Program-made: the position numbers and the translations under genes
Assembly: GCA_028711995.1 (NCBI GenBank)
Contig: JAQTRE010000002.1
Location: forward strand, 1,704-65,703
DNA length: 64,000 nucleotides
Origin: Dehalococcoidia bacterium
GTDB taxonomy: Bacteria; Chloroflexota; Dehalococcoidia; SZUA-161; SpSt-899
Reading direction: 5' to 3'
In this document: in pieces, positions 22,001 through 30,565 of the stretch
Layout of the letters: each line of letters opens with the position of its first letter
Position numbering within the stretch: the stretch's first letter is position 1
Notes under the pieces: generated by a model
Seen by the model: only the letters and a program-made list of their open reading frames with translations
What the model was told of the DNA's origin: nothing
The model's database searches: none

Positions 22001-23517
22001 CTCTCCAGAAGCAATCGGAGATTTCTCTCCCGGGTATTCTCAAGGGAAAGCATGGAAACATCTGGAATGTGCATCCCCTCTCCGGAGCGCATCTTGTCCA
22101 CACCTTCGAATTTATTGCAGGGTATTCCTTGCAGATTACTTATCTGGGGAGATACTCCCTCGGCGCACCACTCGTGGGTGTTGTCGATGATATTGCTATC
22201 TTCTCGCAACAGAAACAGATAAGCTCGATGGGCTCCGCTCAGCACAGCCATATCCTGCAGTGCCTCTTTGATGGCGCTGTCAATATCGTCATTCCCCACA
22301 AATCGAGCAGAGATGATGGCTATGGTCTTCTCGAACTCCAGCCGGCGGTTTATATTCTCCTGTGCGCGCTTACGTTCGGCGATTTCCACAGTTAATTTGT
22401 CGCGCGAAACGGTTGTTGTCCTGAGTGTCTCAGCCATCCGGTCAAACGAACGGGAGAGATCGCCGAGTTCATCCCTGTCCTTCGCGTTCATCCGGTAATC
22501 CAGATTGCCCCGGCTGATCTCCTCTGCTCCCTGCGAAAGACGACGGACCGGTAAGGTAATAGTACGGCTGAAAAACAGGGCCAGGAATATCACCCCCAGC
22601 GCCATACCGGCACCGATGATCAAAATTATGTTCCGTAAATTGCGGACCGGTGTAAATGCTTCGGCTTGATCTACCTCTGTCTGAATGTATAACTTCCACT
22701 CCGGTATCCATTGACCGGCTCCAATGACCGGCACGCCCCGGTAGTTATGGTACAGGCCGTGGAAAGCAATGGGTCCGCCCGGATTGGGGGGCGCTTCCCT
22801 GTTCACGGCCAGAACGGCTTGGTCCTGAACATTTCCCTTACCAAATTCCGGGACGGTGACAAACTGATAGGATTCATCAATCAGGCATGTGTTCTGGGTT
22901 TGCTTTGAATCGGCCCCTCTGGCCAGAATGTCGGAGGACAGCTCCTGTATATCGACGCGACCTGCAAGCACAGCGACAAGGTTGCCTTGATTGTCTTTGA
23001 CGGGCATTCCGATAACAATGGCGGAGGTTGACGACGGAGGAGACTGGCAGCAGACAGTCTGGACATACATCCCTTGCTTACCTTCCTCAAAAAAAGGCTC
23101 CCCCACCCCGTATTGTCCCTCTCTGGCCTCATTCGAGGAGACAAACACCAGTCCATCGCTGGCTCTGAGGAGAAACATTTCGTCCAAACCGACCCCTTCA
23201 ATTGCCGCCGCGAAGAGACGATCAACGATACCCTGACGGGCTTCCCGGTATGCTGGGTCCGTCCGGTCAAGTGATCCCATCGCTTTCAATTTCTCCAACA
23301 TGTAGGAATGGGCAGACAGTATATCGACCGCAGTCTCATTAGAATTCATCCAGCCTGTGAACTGTGTAGCCTTGTAGGCGTTGATTGAGATGAGGTTTTC
23401 CAGCGTGTCATCTTCGATGGTTTTCCGGCCATGGTCATAAGCCACGTAACCAACAATGATCACCGGGATGAGAGAAAGAAGGAGGAAAATCAGGATTAAC
23501 TTGGTGGCTAGTTTCAT
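19087..23517 (-). CDS. Multidomain c-di-GMP signalling protein (1476 aa): TM, periplasmic dCache-like sensor, TM, HAMP, GAF, PAS x2, GAF, PAS, GGDEF, HD-GYP
   Basis: An N-terminal TM helix, an extracytoplasmic region of about 260 aa and a second TM helix are followed by …RYGGDEFILL… (GGDEF) and a C-terminal …ILHDIGK…HHEWYDGSGYP… (HD-GYP). Several PAS and GAF signatures are visible between them. Confidence 0.85.
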   Translation of the reverse strand: MKLATKLILIFLLLSLIPVIIVGYVAYDHGRKTIEDDTLENLISINAYKATQFTGWMNSNETAVDILSAHSYMLEKLKAMGSLDRTDPAYREARQGIVDRLFAAAIEGVGLDEMFLLRASDGLVFVSSNEAREGQYGVGEPFFEEGKQGMYVQTVCCQSPPSSTSAIVIGMPVKDNQGNLVAVLAGRVDIQELSSDILARGADSKQTQNTCLIDESYQFVTVPEFGKGNVQDQAVLAVNREAPPNPGGPIAFHGLYHNYRGVPVIGAGQWIPEWKLYIQTEVDQAEAFTPVRNLRNIILIIGAGMALGVIFLALFFSRTITLPVRRLSQGAEEISRGNLDYRMNAKDRDELGDLSRSFDRMAETLRTTTVSRDKLTVEIAERKRAQENINRRLEFEKTIAIISARFVGNDDIDSAIKEALQDMAVLSGAHRAYLFLLREDSNIIDNTHEWCAEGVSPQISNLQGIPCNKFEGVDKMRSGEGMHIPDVSMLSLENTRERNLRLLLESQEIKSLIIVPLFMANRWAGLIGFDNVSTAGKWKEDDRALLQLSADIIGNALEKTRAWKALAASEERYRLHFQNASDIIVSFDTEIRILDVSPSIETMLGYTPSELIGRKAVDVGIISEKSAQEIVFNLNHFLPGEAMPPRTYRFICKNGTIKLGEVTNTPLIVEGKITAYTSVVRDVTERRQAERALRESEEKYRTVVNNIPDTVWIVEQGKGIAFVSPNVQAIMGCAPEELRQGGIRGWLGNVHPDDLNNVKIALRALDEEGIYFAIEHRFRRKDGEWLWLYTRAVNSYEQDGKRYFYGLTSDITDRKRAEKQSAIQQNLAQSLSATDELDKGAALCLEAAIAASGMDSGGIYLVDEDTGGIRLVCHHGLSADFIDSVSYYGPDSPNTRLVMNAVPLYTEFSKVNIPSKEAEQMEGLRAIAILPIVHEGRLVACLHVTSHTEERFSVHARIALEQITGHVGEGIARLVAEEALRHSEERYRLHFENVSDVIAEFDQELRLIDVSPSAERLGGYVLAELMGKRWLEIGVIAEDSLQELHHNLDHIFAGETLPNPTYKFISKDGAVRFGEVTHSPIFSEGKAVTYLAVIRDVTERRQAEEELRRLSVTDELTGVPNRRRFYDVVETEINRALADGSSFSLVMLDLDRFKLYNDTYGHTNGDKVLQEFARLLETSLKNNDMVFRYGGDEFILLVRSTHVKKADKIARRIRQKWEERVKSSFPSSEMLLQISAGIVDFPDDGDTIDSLMNLVDIALYQSKRRGGATTTRVSDLDELAASGVLGLATLDQIYALAAAVDARDKEMYGHATRVAGLCERIGKAMGLTQMDLVKLHSAAILHDIGKFGVSDAILSKPGKPTEEEWALLTRHSAEGAKIVEHVKDLADIVPDIRHHHEWYDGSGYPGRLKSIEIPIRARIISVADTYDTLTSARSYADVMSHTEAMAELQRCSGSQFDPAIIGVFFRVMGEQQSPMA

Positions 23518-24125
23518 CGTTTCCTCGGGTCGTAATCGGGAAAGGGTGAAATATCAGACATGCACTGTATACTCGACAATTTAGCCTTTTGATCTCCTGT
23601 TGTCAAGAGAGTCATTTTTTCCTTAATCCTTGGAGTATCGACCCTCTGCGGATCAGGTTGACGCAAAACAGAGAAATGCCTGGAAGATGATACTGCCTGG
23701 CTAAATTATAACCCTCCAACGCTTGTCTCGAAAATGAGTCGGCAGTAACAAATATCAAACCGTGTAAGTTTCCTGTTGATTATGTTTAACCATAAGGAAA
23801 ATTTGGGGGTAACCATCACAGAAAAATCAGTGTTCTCACCGTTTCGTATAGACGGGGTCTTGGTGTATTCTGCGTGTAACGTGTAAATGGGCCAACTCCG
23901 TCGAAGCTACAGCACCCTCGTGGCGGGTAGCGATGATGCTGTTGATTTTGCGAAGGCATCCTGAGCCGTGTATTTAGTAGGAACCTTCCGGGGTTAGCCC
24001 CATATATGGAGAATTCATGTGGCAACGGTTGAAAGCAGCAAGCTTTTTCCCCGAATCCGAGCCATGGTTTCCTGGAAAGTTGCTGCAAGAAGAGAACTGA
24101 ACATGACAGAAAGGAATTAGGCCAG

Positions 24126-24413
24126 ATGCATCTAGCGATTCAATTACTGATTCAATTAACGATACTTATAGTTGCCATTGTCATAGCCAGTTTGATTTTG
24201 CGCTGGATGACGAGCAATCCCGAAAAGCTCAAAGCCATATGGAGGCGCACTAAGAGATTTTGGGTAACACCCTTGATATACCTAAGGGCATTTCGAGCCT
24301 ATGTTAACTGGAAAAGGGTGGGGATGGGTTTCAGCCTTCGGGATTGTATGTGCCAGGAATGGGAGAAATATGATAAGGAACATTATCCCGATCAACCCTA
24401 CTATCGACTGTGA
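24126..24413 (+). CDS. Small hypothetical membrane protein (95 aa) in the 1-kb divergent promoter region. Speculative.
   Basis: One N-terminal TM helix and a weak RBS (aggaa), with no family match. Confidence 0.25.
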   Translation: MHLAIQLLIQLTILIVAIVIASLILRWMTSNPEKLKAIWRRTKRFWVTPLIYLRAFRAYVNWKRVGMGFSLRDCMCQEWEKYDKEHYPDQPYYRL

Positions 24414-24544
24414 AGAATAGTGAACTTGTAGCTGTTGTGTGATGGGAATAGAAGCATCAATGGAAACAAAGTTGGTACAAAAACGAAGGGCCGCTTCTGA
24501 GCAGTTTGGGTGATCTTCCATGAAGTTACCATAGGAGGAATTAA

Positions 24545-26164
24545 GTGAAAATGGTGGATAAGGTAGGCATGATAAAACTCAGTTTTCAATGGAAGCTGCT
24601 GTCTGTGGGATTGATGAGCATGGTTGCATTTGTGGTATTGTTGCTGGTCGGCGCCGTTCCCGACACAGCTAAGACCACTCTTATGACCATTGGCGGTGCT
24701 TTGGCTGCTGTGTCTCTGATTGCTCTGGTTATTCTCTCGCAATATGCGGGCAAGAATATTAAAGAGTTGGCCAAAACTGCCGATAGGATCAGCCATGGAG
24801 AGTTGGGTTTCAACATTGATCTCAAGTCCAAGGATGAAATAGGAGACCTAGCCACCTCACTGCGGAGTGCCGCCGTATATTTCAAGGAGTTGGCTTCCAC
24901 GGCTGAGAAGGTGGAGGCAGGGGATCTATCTCTGTCATTCACGGCGAAATCCGAGAGAGACGTCCTCGGTAATGCCTTTGCAAACCTGACCAAGTGCTTC
25001 AAAGACATCATCGGCAAAGTGGCCGGTGATGCCAAAGAGATGGATTTAGCTAGTGACCAACTCGCCGCATCGGCCACTCAGGCAGATTCCGCAACGCAAC
25101 AGGTTGCCAGCACCAGTCAGCAGATGGCGAAAGGTGCCAGCGATCAGGCCGCGAGTTGTCAGGAAACAGCCAAGGCGGTAGGTCAATTGACTGAAGTTGT
25201 TGCCCAGATTGCCAAGGGCGCTCAGGAACAGGCCGAGGGAGTCCATAAAGCGACTTCATCCATAGCGGAACTGTCCTCCGGGGCAGATCAGGTAGCGAAG
25301 AATGCCCTTGCTGCTGCCGGGGGATCCAAAGCAGCAACGGAGGCTGCCAACAAGGGTGCGGAACAGGCCAAACAGGCAGTCGAAGGGATGAAACGAGTCA
25401 GAAACAGTGTGGAAGCAGCCTCGCAGAAGGTTTCCGATCTGGGGCAGAAGTCCGAGGCGATCGGCAAAATTGTAGCGGTGATCGATGATATTGCCGCCCA
25501 GACCAATCTTCTGGCGCTGAATGCCGCCATCGAGGCGGCTCGGGCCGGAGAACATGGGCGGGGATTTGCGGTTGTGTCCGATGAAGTCAGGAAGCTGGCA
25601 GAGCGGACGGCCCAGGCCACCAAGGAGATTGCCGATCTCATCAGCAACGTGCAAAAGGGTGTGGGAGAGGCAGTGAAAGCGATGCAAGAGGGGACCAATG
25701 AGGTGAACGGAGGGTACAAACTGACCAGCGAGGCGGGCGAATCTCTGGAAGATATTCTGAAAGCGTCGACGGAAGTCAGTGTGCAAATCGAACAGATATC
25801 GGCTGCGGCCCAGCAGATGAGCGCCTCTGCCAATGAGATGGTAACCATCATCGATAGTGTTGGGAGCGTTACGGAAGAGAACACGGCAGCGGCCGAAGAG
25901 ATGTCCGCGAATGCGCAGCAGGTGAGCAATTTGATCGAAACAGTCGCCGGGGTGGCAGAGGAGAACAGCGCCGCAACCCAGCAGGTGTCGGCTTCCGCCG
26001 AAGAGATGAGTGCTCAGATGCAGGAAGTGGTGGCCTCATCCCAGTCGCTGAAGCAAATGGCTGAAGCGTTCATGATATTGATGTCCCTTTTCGGGAGCAC
26101 TGATGATGAGGGCGACTCACAGGAGACCGAACCTGAGCGTGACAAAGTGCTGGTTGGAGCCTAA
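24545..26164 (+). CDS. Methyl-accepting chemotaxis protein (539 aa: two TM helices with a minimal loop, HAMP, MA signalling domain)
   Basis: The highly conserved MCP signature …[39 protein letters not shown]… is present. Confidence 0.9.
   Translation: MKMVDKVGMIKLSFQWKLLSVGLMSMVAFVVLLLVGAVPDTAKTTLMTIGGALAAVSLIALVILSQYAGKNIKELAKTADRISHGELGFNIDLKSKDEIGDLATSLRSAAVYFKELASTAEKVEAGDLSLSFTAKSERDVLGNAFANLTKCFKDIIGKVAGDAKEMDLASDQLAASATQADSATQQVASTSQQMAKGASDQAASCQETAKAVGQLTEVVAQIAKGAQEQAEGVHKATSSIAELSSGADQVAKNALAAAGGSKAATEAANKGAEQAKQAVEGMKRVRNSVEAASQKVSDLGQKSEAIGKIVAVIDDIAAQTNLLALNAAIEAARAGEHGRGFAVVSDEVRKLAERTAQATKEIADLISNVQKGVGEAVKAMQEGTNEVNGGYKLTSEAGESLEDILKASTEVSVQIEQISAAAQQMSASANEMVTIIDSVGSVTEENTAAAEEMSANAQQVSNLIETVAGVAEENSAATQQVSASAEEMSAQMQEVVASSQSLKQMAEAFMILMSLFGSTDDEGDSQETEPERDKVLVGA
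25050..26075 (+). repeat. Paralogous repeat: the MCP1 signalling-domain coding DNA is highly similar to 27625-28655 in MCP2
   Basis: Long stretches are near-identical by eye. For example, 25441-25640 versus 28020-28220 differ only by scattered third-position changes, as do 25790-26070 versus 28370-28650. Confidence 0.8.
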
Positions 26165-26266
26165 GAGAAAGTGCGGAGGGGAGAGGATTGGGGAATGACT
26201 ATGAGTCAGGAGATTGTCCTTACTGCTTATTGCCATTGACCCCAGTATCACCCAAAAGGAGGGCAG

Positions 26267-28741
26267 GTGGGAAAGTTAATTAATCTGAAATGGCGGCCGA
26301 AATTGGGCGCTAAGCTGCAAAGGTTGACAACGCTTAACCTCGGACCGAAGTTGCTTATCGGTTTCCTGGTGGTTGTAGCCATGACCGGGGCTACGGGTTT
26401 TATCGGCATGCGGGGGATTTCTGGTGTAGCTGATGCTTCGCAAAGTGCCGATGAGGCCAATCTGACCGTGCAAAAGGTGCTGGAAATCAGGCAAGCGGAA
26501 AGGGAGTATGTGCAAACTGGGGATGATCGCTATCTTGTCCGGATTGATGCCATATTGGCTGACGCGAAGAATCTCATCGCAACGATGAAGGAATCGTCTG
26601 GAGGAGAGAACCTCGCCCTTCTCAATGTAATGGAGGCCCAGTTTGATAGCTACAGGCAATCAAAAGATGCCTATGCTGGTCTTATGAGCGCAGGAGCTGC
26701 GAAGCAACTTCAAATGGAAGAGGTGTCTGTTGCCGCCCAAAACGAGGTCAAAGATATGACAGGACAGCTGGAAGCACGGGCGCTTAGCGATGTTACCACG
26801 CTGTCAGTCTTCGTGGAGGGATCGTACGACACCAGTTCAATGGACGCTTCCGGAAAACTCAGCGTGCTAAACAGTGCTAACCGCCTCATGCGAAACATCC
26901 AGTATCTCAGAATGGCCGAGAAAGACTATCTGCTTAGCCATGATAAGAACTATTCTGATGAGTTCATGGTGCAGATATGGACTGCGCAGAGTGTGGTGAA
27001 CTATGATCTCGAGGCGAGCGTTGGCGATCTGATCGATCGGGCGCAAGCAGATGCGATCTTAAAGTCTCTGGATGCATATCAAGCTGCATTTGAGGCATAC
27101 GTCGATTTAGATCAGCAGAAAGAGGCTCAACTCTTGGTGATGATAGAAGCCGGAAATGTATTGATCGGCAGTCCGGATAAAGATAGCCAATACTACGGCG
27201 GGGCAGAATTACTGAAGGCAAAGGCTCAAGACGACTCCGAATCTGCCAAGAGTCTAGCCATCATGATGACATTGGCCTTCATAGGCGGCTCGATAATGAT
27301 AGGTATTGTTCTTGCCATCGTCATTTCCCGCTCAATCACCAAAAAGGTCCGGTTGATAGCGGAGAGGGCGGATGAATTTGCCACCGATCTCGAGGGGCTA
27401 TACGGCACCATGCAATCAGCTGCCCAGGGAGATCTCTCCGAGAAAGTTCGGATCAACACACAGGAGATGCCTATAACCTCGCGTGACGAAATCGGCGTTA
27501 CCATGACGTCTCTGAATAGAATGATTGCCAATTTGCACAACACTGGCGATGCCTTCGAAAACATGATGGTCAATCTGCGAGACTTGATTGCCAAGGTAAC
27601 GGACAACTCGACACAGTTGAATGCAGCCAGCGATCAACTTGCTGCATCGTCAACGCAGGTAGGTTCTGCCACCCAACAGGTGGCCAGCACCAGCCAGCAG
27701 ATGGCCACCGGAGCCAGCGATCAGGCTGCAGCCTGCCAGGAAACGGCCAAGGCAGTAGGGCAACTGACCGAGGTTGTCGCACAGATAGCAAATAGCGCTC
27801 AAAAGCAATCGCAGGGAGTTCAGGCGGCAATCACTTCGATCACCGAGTTGTCAACCGGAGCGGAGCAAGTGGCAAGCAGTGCCGCTTTTGCCGCCAGGAC
27901 GGCAAAAGGTGCGGCCGAAGGAGCGCAGAAATTCACGGAGACGTCAAAGCAGGGGGGAGATCGGATGAAACTGATCATGACCGCGGTCGAAACAGCCTCG
28001 CAGAAGGTTTCCGAACTGGGACAGAAGTCCGAGGCGATCGGCAAGATTGTGGCCGTGATCGATGATATCGCCGCCCAAACCAATCTACTGGCGTTAAATG
28101 CAGCCATCGAGGCGGCGCGGGCAGGAGAACATGGTCGGGGATTTGCGGTGGTATCTGATGAAGTAAGAAAACTGGCAGAGCGGACAGCCCAGGCTACCAA
28201 GGAGATTGCCGAGCTGATCAGCTATGCGCAAAGGGGTGTGGCAGAGGCAGTAAAGGCGATGGAAGAAGGCCGGAAAGAGATGAAGGGTAACTATAAAGGG
28301 ATCGCCGAATCCAAAGCATCCCTTCAGACTGTCCTGAATGCAAACTCGGAGCTTGGTGTGCAGATCGAACAGATATCGGCCGCGGCCCAGCAGATGAGCG
28401 CCTCTGCCAATGAAATGGTAACCATCATCGATAGTGTGGGGAAGGTTACGAAAGAGAATACCGCGGCGGCCGAAGAGATGTCGGCCAATGCTCAGCAGGT
28501 GAGCAATCTGATCGAAACAGTTGCCGGAGTGGCTGAGGAGAACAGTGCCGCGACCCAGGAAGTATCGGCTTCCGCCGAAGAGATGAGCGCCCAAATGCAG
28601 GAAGTGGTAGCGTCATCCCAATCACTGAAGCTAATGGCTGAGGAACTCCTGACGAAGGTCTCCGTTTTCAAAACGGGCGGCAACAGATATAGCGATCAGG
28701 GAAATGAGCTTGATCGTGAGAAGGTGTTGGTTAATAGCTAA
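26267..28741 (+). CDS. Methyl-accepting chemotaxis protein (824 aa: ~290-aa periplasmic helical sensor domain, TM, HAMP, MA domain)
   Basis: It has the same MCP signature, and its cytoplasmic domain is near-identical to the upstream MCP. Confidence 0.9.
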   Translation: MGKLINLKWRPKLGAKLQRLTTLNLGPKLLIGFLVVVAMTGATGFIGMRGISGVADASQSADEANLTVQKVLEIRQAEREYVQTGDDRYLVRIDAILADAKNLIATMKESSGGENLALLNVMEAQFDSYRQSKDAYAGLMSAGAAKQLQMEEVSVAAQNEVKDMTGQLEARALSDVTTLSVFVEGSYDTSSMDASGKLSVLNSANRLMRNIQYLRMAEKDYLLSHDKNYSDEFMVQIWTAQSVVNYDLEASVGDLIDRAQADAILKSLDAYQAAFEAYVDLDQQKEAQLLVMIEAGNVLIGSPDKDSQYYGGAELLKAKAQDDSESAKSLAIMMTLAFIGGSIMIGIVLAIVISRSITKKVRLIAERADEFATDLEGLYGTMQSAAQGDLSEKVRINTQEMPITSRDEIGVTMTSLNRMIANLHNTGDAFENMMVNLRDLIAKVTDNSTQLNAASDQLAASSTQVGSATQQVASTSQQMATGASDQAAACQETAKAVGQLTEVVAQIANSAQKQSQGVQAAITSITELSTGAEQVASSAAFAARTAKGAAEGAQKFTETSKQGGDRMKLIMTAVETASQKVSELGQKSEAIGKIVAVIDDIAAQTNLLALNAAIEAARAGEHGRGFAVVSDEVRKLAERTAQATKEIAELISYAQRGVAEAVKAMEEGRKEMKGNYKGIAESKASLQTVLNANSELGVQIEQISAAAQQMSASANEMVTIIDSVGKVTKENTAAAEEMSANAQQVSNLIETVAGVAEENSAATQEVSASAEEMSAQMQEVVASSQSLKLMAEELLTKVSVFKTGGNRYSDQGNELDREKVLVNS

Positions 28742-28859
28742 AGATGATGTGAAGGAAGAGGGACTAAGGAAAAACTCTTTCCCCCCAACTGGGCAGAAAC
28801 TTTGTGATAGCCAATAGAGCGGTGAGTTGACCGGGTGAAACAAGTGGAGGGCAATTGAT

Positions 28860-29363
28860 ATGAGCAGCGATGCAGGGAAGAAGCAGGCTGAGAGACAACT
28901 GGTGATCTTCAGCCTGGCCAATGAATCCTACGGGGTGGATATCGGCACGGTGAATGAAATCATCCGCATACAGGAGATATCAAGGGTGCCCAGAACTCCG
29001 GCATACGTGCAGGGAGTGATCAATCTCAGGGGCAGGGTTATCCCGGTGGTTGACTTGCACAAGGTTTTCGATTTTGCCGACAGAGAGACAACAAAAGAGA
29101 GCCGCATTATCGTGGTGGATATTCTGGAACAACAAGTGGGCATAATGGTTGACGCGGTGACGGAGGTGTTACGCATCTCTGCCGATTCTGTCGAGCCTCC
29201 CTCGTCGATGATTGCTACGGGTGATTCGGATTATCTGCTGGGGATAGCCAAAGTCGGACAGAGGCTGATCACTCTTTTGGACCTGGCAAAGGTGTTCACA
29301 AGAGATCAGGCTGAGAAGCTTGAAGAAGTGGAACTTGCTGCGATCGGCGCCGCCGCAGGGTGA
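28860..29363 (+). CDS. cheW: Chemotaxis coupling protein CheW
   Basis: 167 aa with a CheW-like fold (…FSLANESYGVDIGTVNEIIRI…VINLRGRVIPVVDL…). Confidence 0.9.
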   Translation: MSSDAGKKQAERQLVIFSLANESYGVDIGTVNEIIRIQEISRVPRTPAYVQGVINLRGRVIPVVDLHKVFDFADRETTKESRIIVVDILEQQVGIMVDAVTEVLRISADSVEPPSSMIATGDSDYLLGIAKVGQRLITLLDLAKVFTRDQAEKLEEVELAAIGAAAG

Positions 29364-29543
29364 AACGGCTACGCAGAATTCTAGAGGCCATGCATTGAGA
29401 GAAAGGGGCCTATCTGGTTATCGATAACCATCGATAAGGAAGGAACCCTGAGAATTGCCGAAAAACCGGTCACTGGATTATTGATCGGCTTGAAGCAATG
29501 GTGAATCGTAATCCCTCACTATCGCTTTGTGAGGAGGCTGGGA

Positions 29544-29933
29544 ATGAATCGGAAAGTATTGGTAGTTGACGATGACCCAACTATGCTCAAGACTGTGAAG
29601 GCAATCCTGAGCAGTAATGGCTTTGCGGTGACCACTGCCGCGGGGGGGCAACAGTGTCTTGCGGAGCTGAAAATGGGGTTCAAAGGGGTAATCCTTATGG
29701 ATGTAATGATGCCTGATATGGATGGGTGGGCCACTATCAGAGAGATCGTCAACCGTGGACTTCTGGAGGGAAATGTGATCACCATGTTGACTGCAAAACA
29801 TACTCCAGATACAGAGATGGAAGAGCTTGCCGAGTGCGTTCTGAACTACATCAGAAAGCCGTTTGAACTCCGCGAACTCAATTCAGTTGTGGAGGAATGC
29901 AGTTCTTATTTGGAATCACTGGAGAGTATTTAA
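29544..29933 (+). CDS. Stand-alone response-regulator receiver domain. It looks like the REC half of a split CheB. The start is at MNRKVLVVDDDP; the track ORF begins at 29529.
   Basis: The REC acid pocket DDD is present, along with the phospho-acceptor Asp in the LMDVMMP context and the K near the C-terminus. Its C-terminus overlaps the following methylesterase ORF in another frame. Confidence 0.75.
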   Translation: MNRKVLVVDDDPTMLKTVKAILSSNGFAVTTAAGGQQCLAELKMGFKGVILMDVMMPDMDGWATIREIVNRGLLEGNVITMLTAKHTPDTEMEELAECVLNYIRKPFELRELNSVVEECSSYLESLESI

Positions 29934-29965
29934 CCGGCCGCCTGCTGGCTGATCTAGGAGCAGAA

Positions 29966-30565
29966 GTGGAGTTTTCAAAAAACATCATCATAATCGGTTC
30001 TTCTAGCGGGGGACCTCTGACTTTGAGGAGGGTGTTGGCCAAGTTGCCGGTGCTCGATGCTTCCATCCTCATTGTTCAGCACATGCCCAAGTTTATCAAT
30101 GACACCATCAGAGAGTCTCTGTCACGAATGACGGATATGCGTGTCAGATTAGCAGAGGACAGGGCCATGTTGGAAGACGGGAAAGTCTTTGTCGCTCCCA
30201 GCGAAGTGCATATGGAGATAGAGGATAACCGAAGGATCAGGCTGCGTCAAAGCGAAAGGGTCAACTTTGTGTGCCCGTCGATAGACGTTACGATGCAGTC
30301 TATCAGACACGAACCTGGGTTGTCCACTGTCGGCGTCATTCTAACCGGCATAGGTCGAGATGGAGCACAGGGAATCAGCCATATCAAATGTTTGGGAGGC
30401 ACAACCATCGCACAGGATAGCAGGACATGCGTCGTATACGGTATGCCCAAGGCAGCCGTTGAGACCGGTAACGTGGACTTTGTGCTGACTCCTGAAGAGA
30501 TACGGGAGAAACTTATTGAGCTGGTAAAAGGATCAAGGGGGAAAAATGGTAACGTTAGCAGCTGA
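29966..30565 (+). CDS. CheB-type methylesterase catalytic domain only. A GTG start with an RBS is proposed; the track ORF begins at 29897 and overlaps the REC gene.
   Basis: IIIIGSSSGGPLTLRRVLAKLP…ILIVQHMP… is the CheB_methylest signature with the catalytic Ser-His-Asp. It is in a different frame from the upstream REC ORF. Confidence 0.7.
   Translation: MEFSKNIIIIGSSSGGPLTLRRVLAKLPVLDASILIVQHMPKFINDTIRESLSRMTDMRVRLAEDRAMLEDGKVFVAPSEVHMEIEDNRRIRLRQSERVNFVCPSIDVTMQSIRHEPGLSTVGVILTGIGRDGAQGISHIKCLGGTTIAQDSRTCVVYGMPKAAVETGNVDFVLTPEEIREKLIELVKGSRGKNGNVSS

Noticed and set aside
25256-25929. Minus-strand ORFs of 176 and 213 aa inside MCP1, and 27820-28594 inside MCP2
   Set aside because: Ala/Ser-rich low-complexity translations on the antisense strand of the repetitive MCP coiled-coil coding sequence. 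A classic artefact.
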